Below, piece by piece: positions 62,444 to 64,000 of a DNA stretch of 64,000 nt (its first letter is position 1; each line of letters opens with the position of its first letter). This stretch comes from Podarcis erhardii (taxonomy: Eukaryota). The position numbers and the translations under genes are program-made. The stretch lies in assembly GCA_964252035.1 (NCBI GenBank), contig OZ176200.1, one strand, 5' to 3'. The notes beneath the pieces are model-generated. The model was not told the origin of the DNA. It saw only the letters and a list, made by a program, of their open reading frames with translations, and searched no databases.

Positions 62444-63927
62444 ATTATGCCAGTCCTTAAGTCAGCAAGCTGCATAAAGATGATGGTGCCTTTCTGCAAT
62501 CCAAAAAGTCCCAATACTCTGCATGAGACTAATAATTCTAAGTGGATCTAATTAGAAACCTAGTTCTGCATCGTCATTATTATTTTTAAAAAAGAAATGG
62601 TGTACAGATCGCTCTGTTCTCTGTTGCTTGGAGTATAATCAAGATTCTGAAAGTCATTTGAATGTACCTTTGAAAATACCCCTTTCACGGGCAACAGTGC
62701 AAAGGCAGAAGGTGCAGTGCTAGCCTGTTTTACTCACTTTTGCTCCCTATATAAAAGGTAATGGGAAGGCATGCCCTGCGTCTGCCCCTTTCCATAGAAA
62801 CACGATCTGACACTGCTAGGAGAAATGCGATTCTGTTTGTGATACTTGAGTGACCCCTATAGGATACTTCTCAAATTATTGCTTGAACTCAACAGCGCAA
62901 AAAGACTGATAAGTTTACACCACGGAAGATTGGATTGTTACACCCCAAACAAATAGAGGATTGCAGGGGATATGTTCGAGAATCCTCCACTTCTATCCTG
63001 CTTCCCCAGGTGATAGTCAATATGTATGCTATGTTTCTCACAGTGGGAATTTTAAAAGCATGCATAATACTGGCGAGGAGGAGGATTTTTTAGGCGAAGG
63101 TTGTAATCTCATGCAAAGGAATGAGTCTTGAACTCATCGCAGTTTACATCTGATTAAACAGGCAAAGGACAGGATGGTATTATTATTATTATTTTAGCCT
63201 GTTATAATTTTTTCATTGAACAATAATATTTTTTCAAAATGCAAACAAAAATCAAGTTCAGTCTTTTTCTACACGTGGATATTTCCCAGTTTATAAAAGT
63301 TTAAGGTAAGTTATGCAAATATCCTCAGGCCTATGCAAATGCGTGCAAACTCTTCCACAGCAAGTTTCTGTTGTTTTCACGTTTTCCTCCTCCGCTTGTA
63401 GCTTCTGCACATATGCTTCCCTGCTCCAAATATCTAATGATCAGACTGTTTCAATATTTAATTTCTACATATTGACATTTTCTCACAAAACTCAGGTGCA
63501 CCTATTCACCTTCCGATATGTTTTATGCCGTGTGCTGATAAGAAGAGGCTGGACTAATCTTGAGACAGGTCCATAAATAGCACAATTGCCAATATACAGC
63601 TTAGGTTTGTTTCAGGTACTTTGTTGTTGTTGTTGTTTACTATTGCAACTCTTTTGTGTATGCTATCTTTATTCTTAAAATTAAAAGAATAGATCAACAG
63701 AGTTATGCATGAAGAGGGGTGGGGCAATGGCACAATAGTGATTCAGCCCATAACAGCCTACACAAAGTGTTTCATTACTATTAAGATACTCATATTTTTT
63801 CCCCAAGGAAAAGTTGATGGTATGATTTATTTATTTATTTTTACACAGCATGCAGGAAAAATAAAGAAATGTTCCATCACCATGCAGCTGCTTTTGGCAA
63901 ACAATGACCCCCCCCCATCCCAGTTTA

Positions 63928-63929
<2 letters not shown>

Positions 63930-63976
<47 letters not shown>
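63930..63976. repeat. (GT)n microsatellite
   Basis: Direct read of the sequence. Confidence 0.95.
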
Positions 63977-63978
<2 letters not shown>

Positions 63979-64000
63979 AATAGCTCTGGAAATCCATGTT

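Noticed and set aside
62215-62551. ORFs spanning X residues
   Set aside because: Artefacts of translating through the 128-N gap.
62746-62760. Perfect TATA box (CCTATATAAAAGG)
   Set aside because: An isolated motif with no CpG island, downstream exon or ORF. Expected by chance in AT-rich DNA.

Overview
Vertebrate genomic DNA. The Sauria-, Squam2- and Squam3-type SINE complement points to a squamate, most likely a lacertid lizard. The one gene I can support is LRP1B on the minus strand. Its first coding exon (45750-45834, signal peptide MPEFLLFAVLTVSGLCPIAKVLAVGAEG, phase-1 GTAAGG donor) lies in a CpG island at about 44960-46780. Positions 1-45749 are therefore LRP1B intron 1, and positions beyond about 46.8 kb are upstream intergenic sequence. 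The rest is mostly transposon debris: tRNA-derived SINEs, L2 and CR1 3' fragments, many hAT, Tc1/mariner and Harbinger MITEs (several with perfect TSDs), a fossil piggyBac transposase, microsatellites and a 128-N assembly gap. The most notable observation is three short Penelope-like-element (PLE) insertions, all with fold-back (inverted) architecture and 12-13 bp TSDs. Two of them carry minimal type I hammerhead ribozyme motifs. One is a perfect 183-bp palindrome with a hammerhead on each strand (54198-54595); the other places a hammerhead with an 8-bp stem I on the LRP1B sense strand inside intron 1 (11121-11166). Nearly all ORFs in the supplied track are spurious or TE-derived. All family assignments come from motif recognition by eye; no database search was run.
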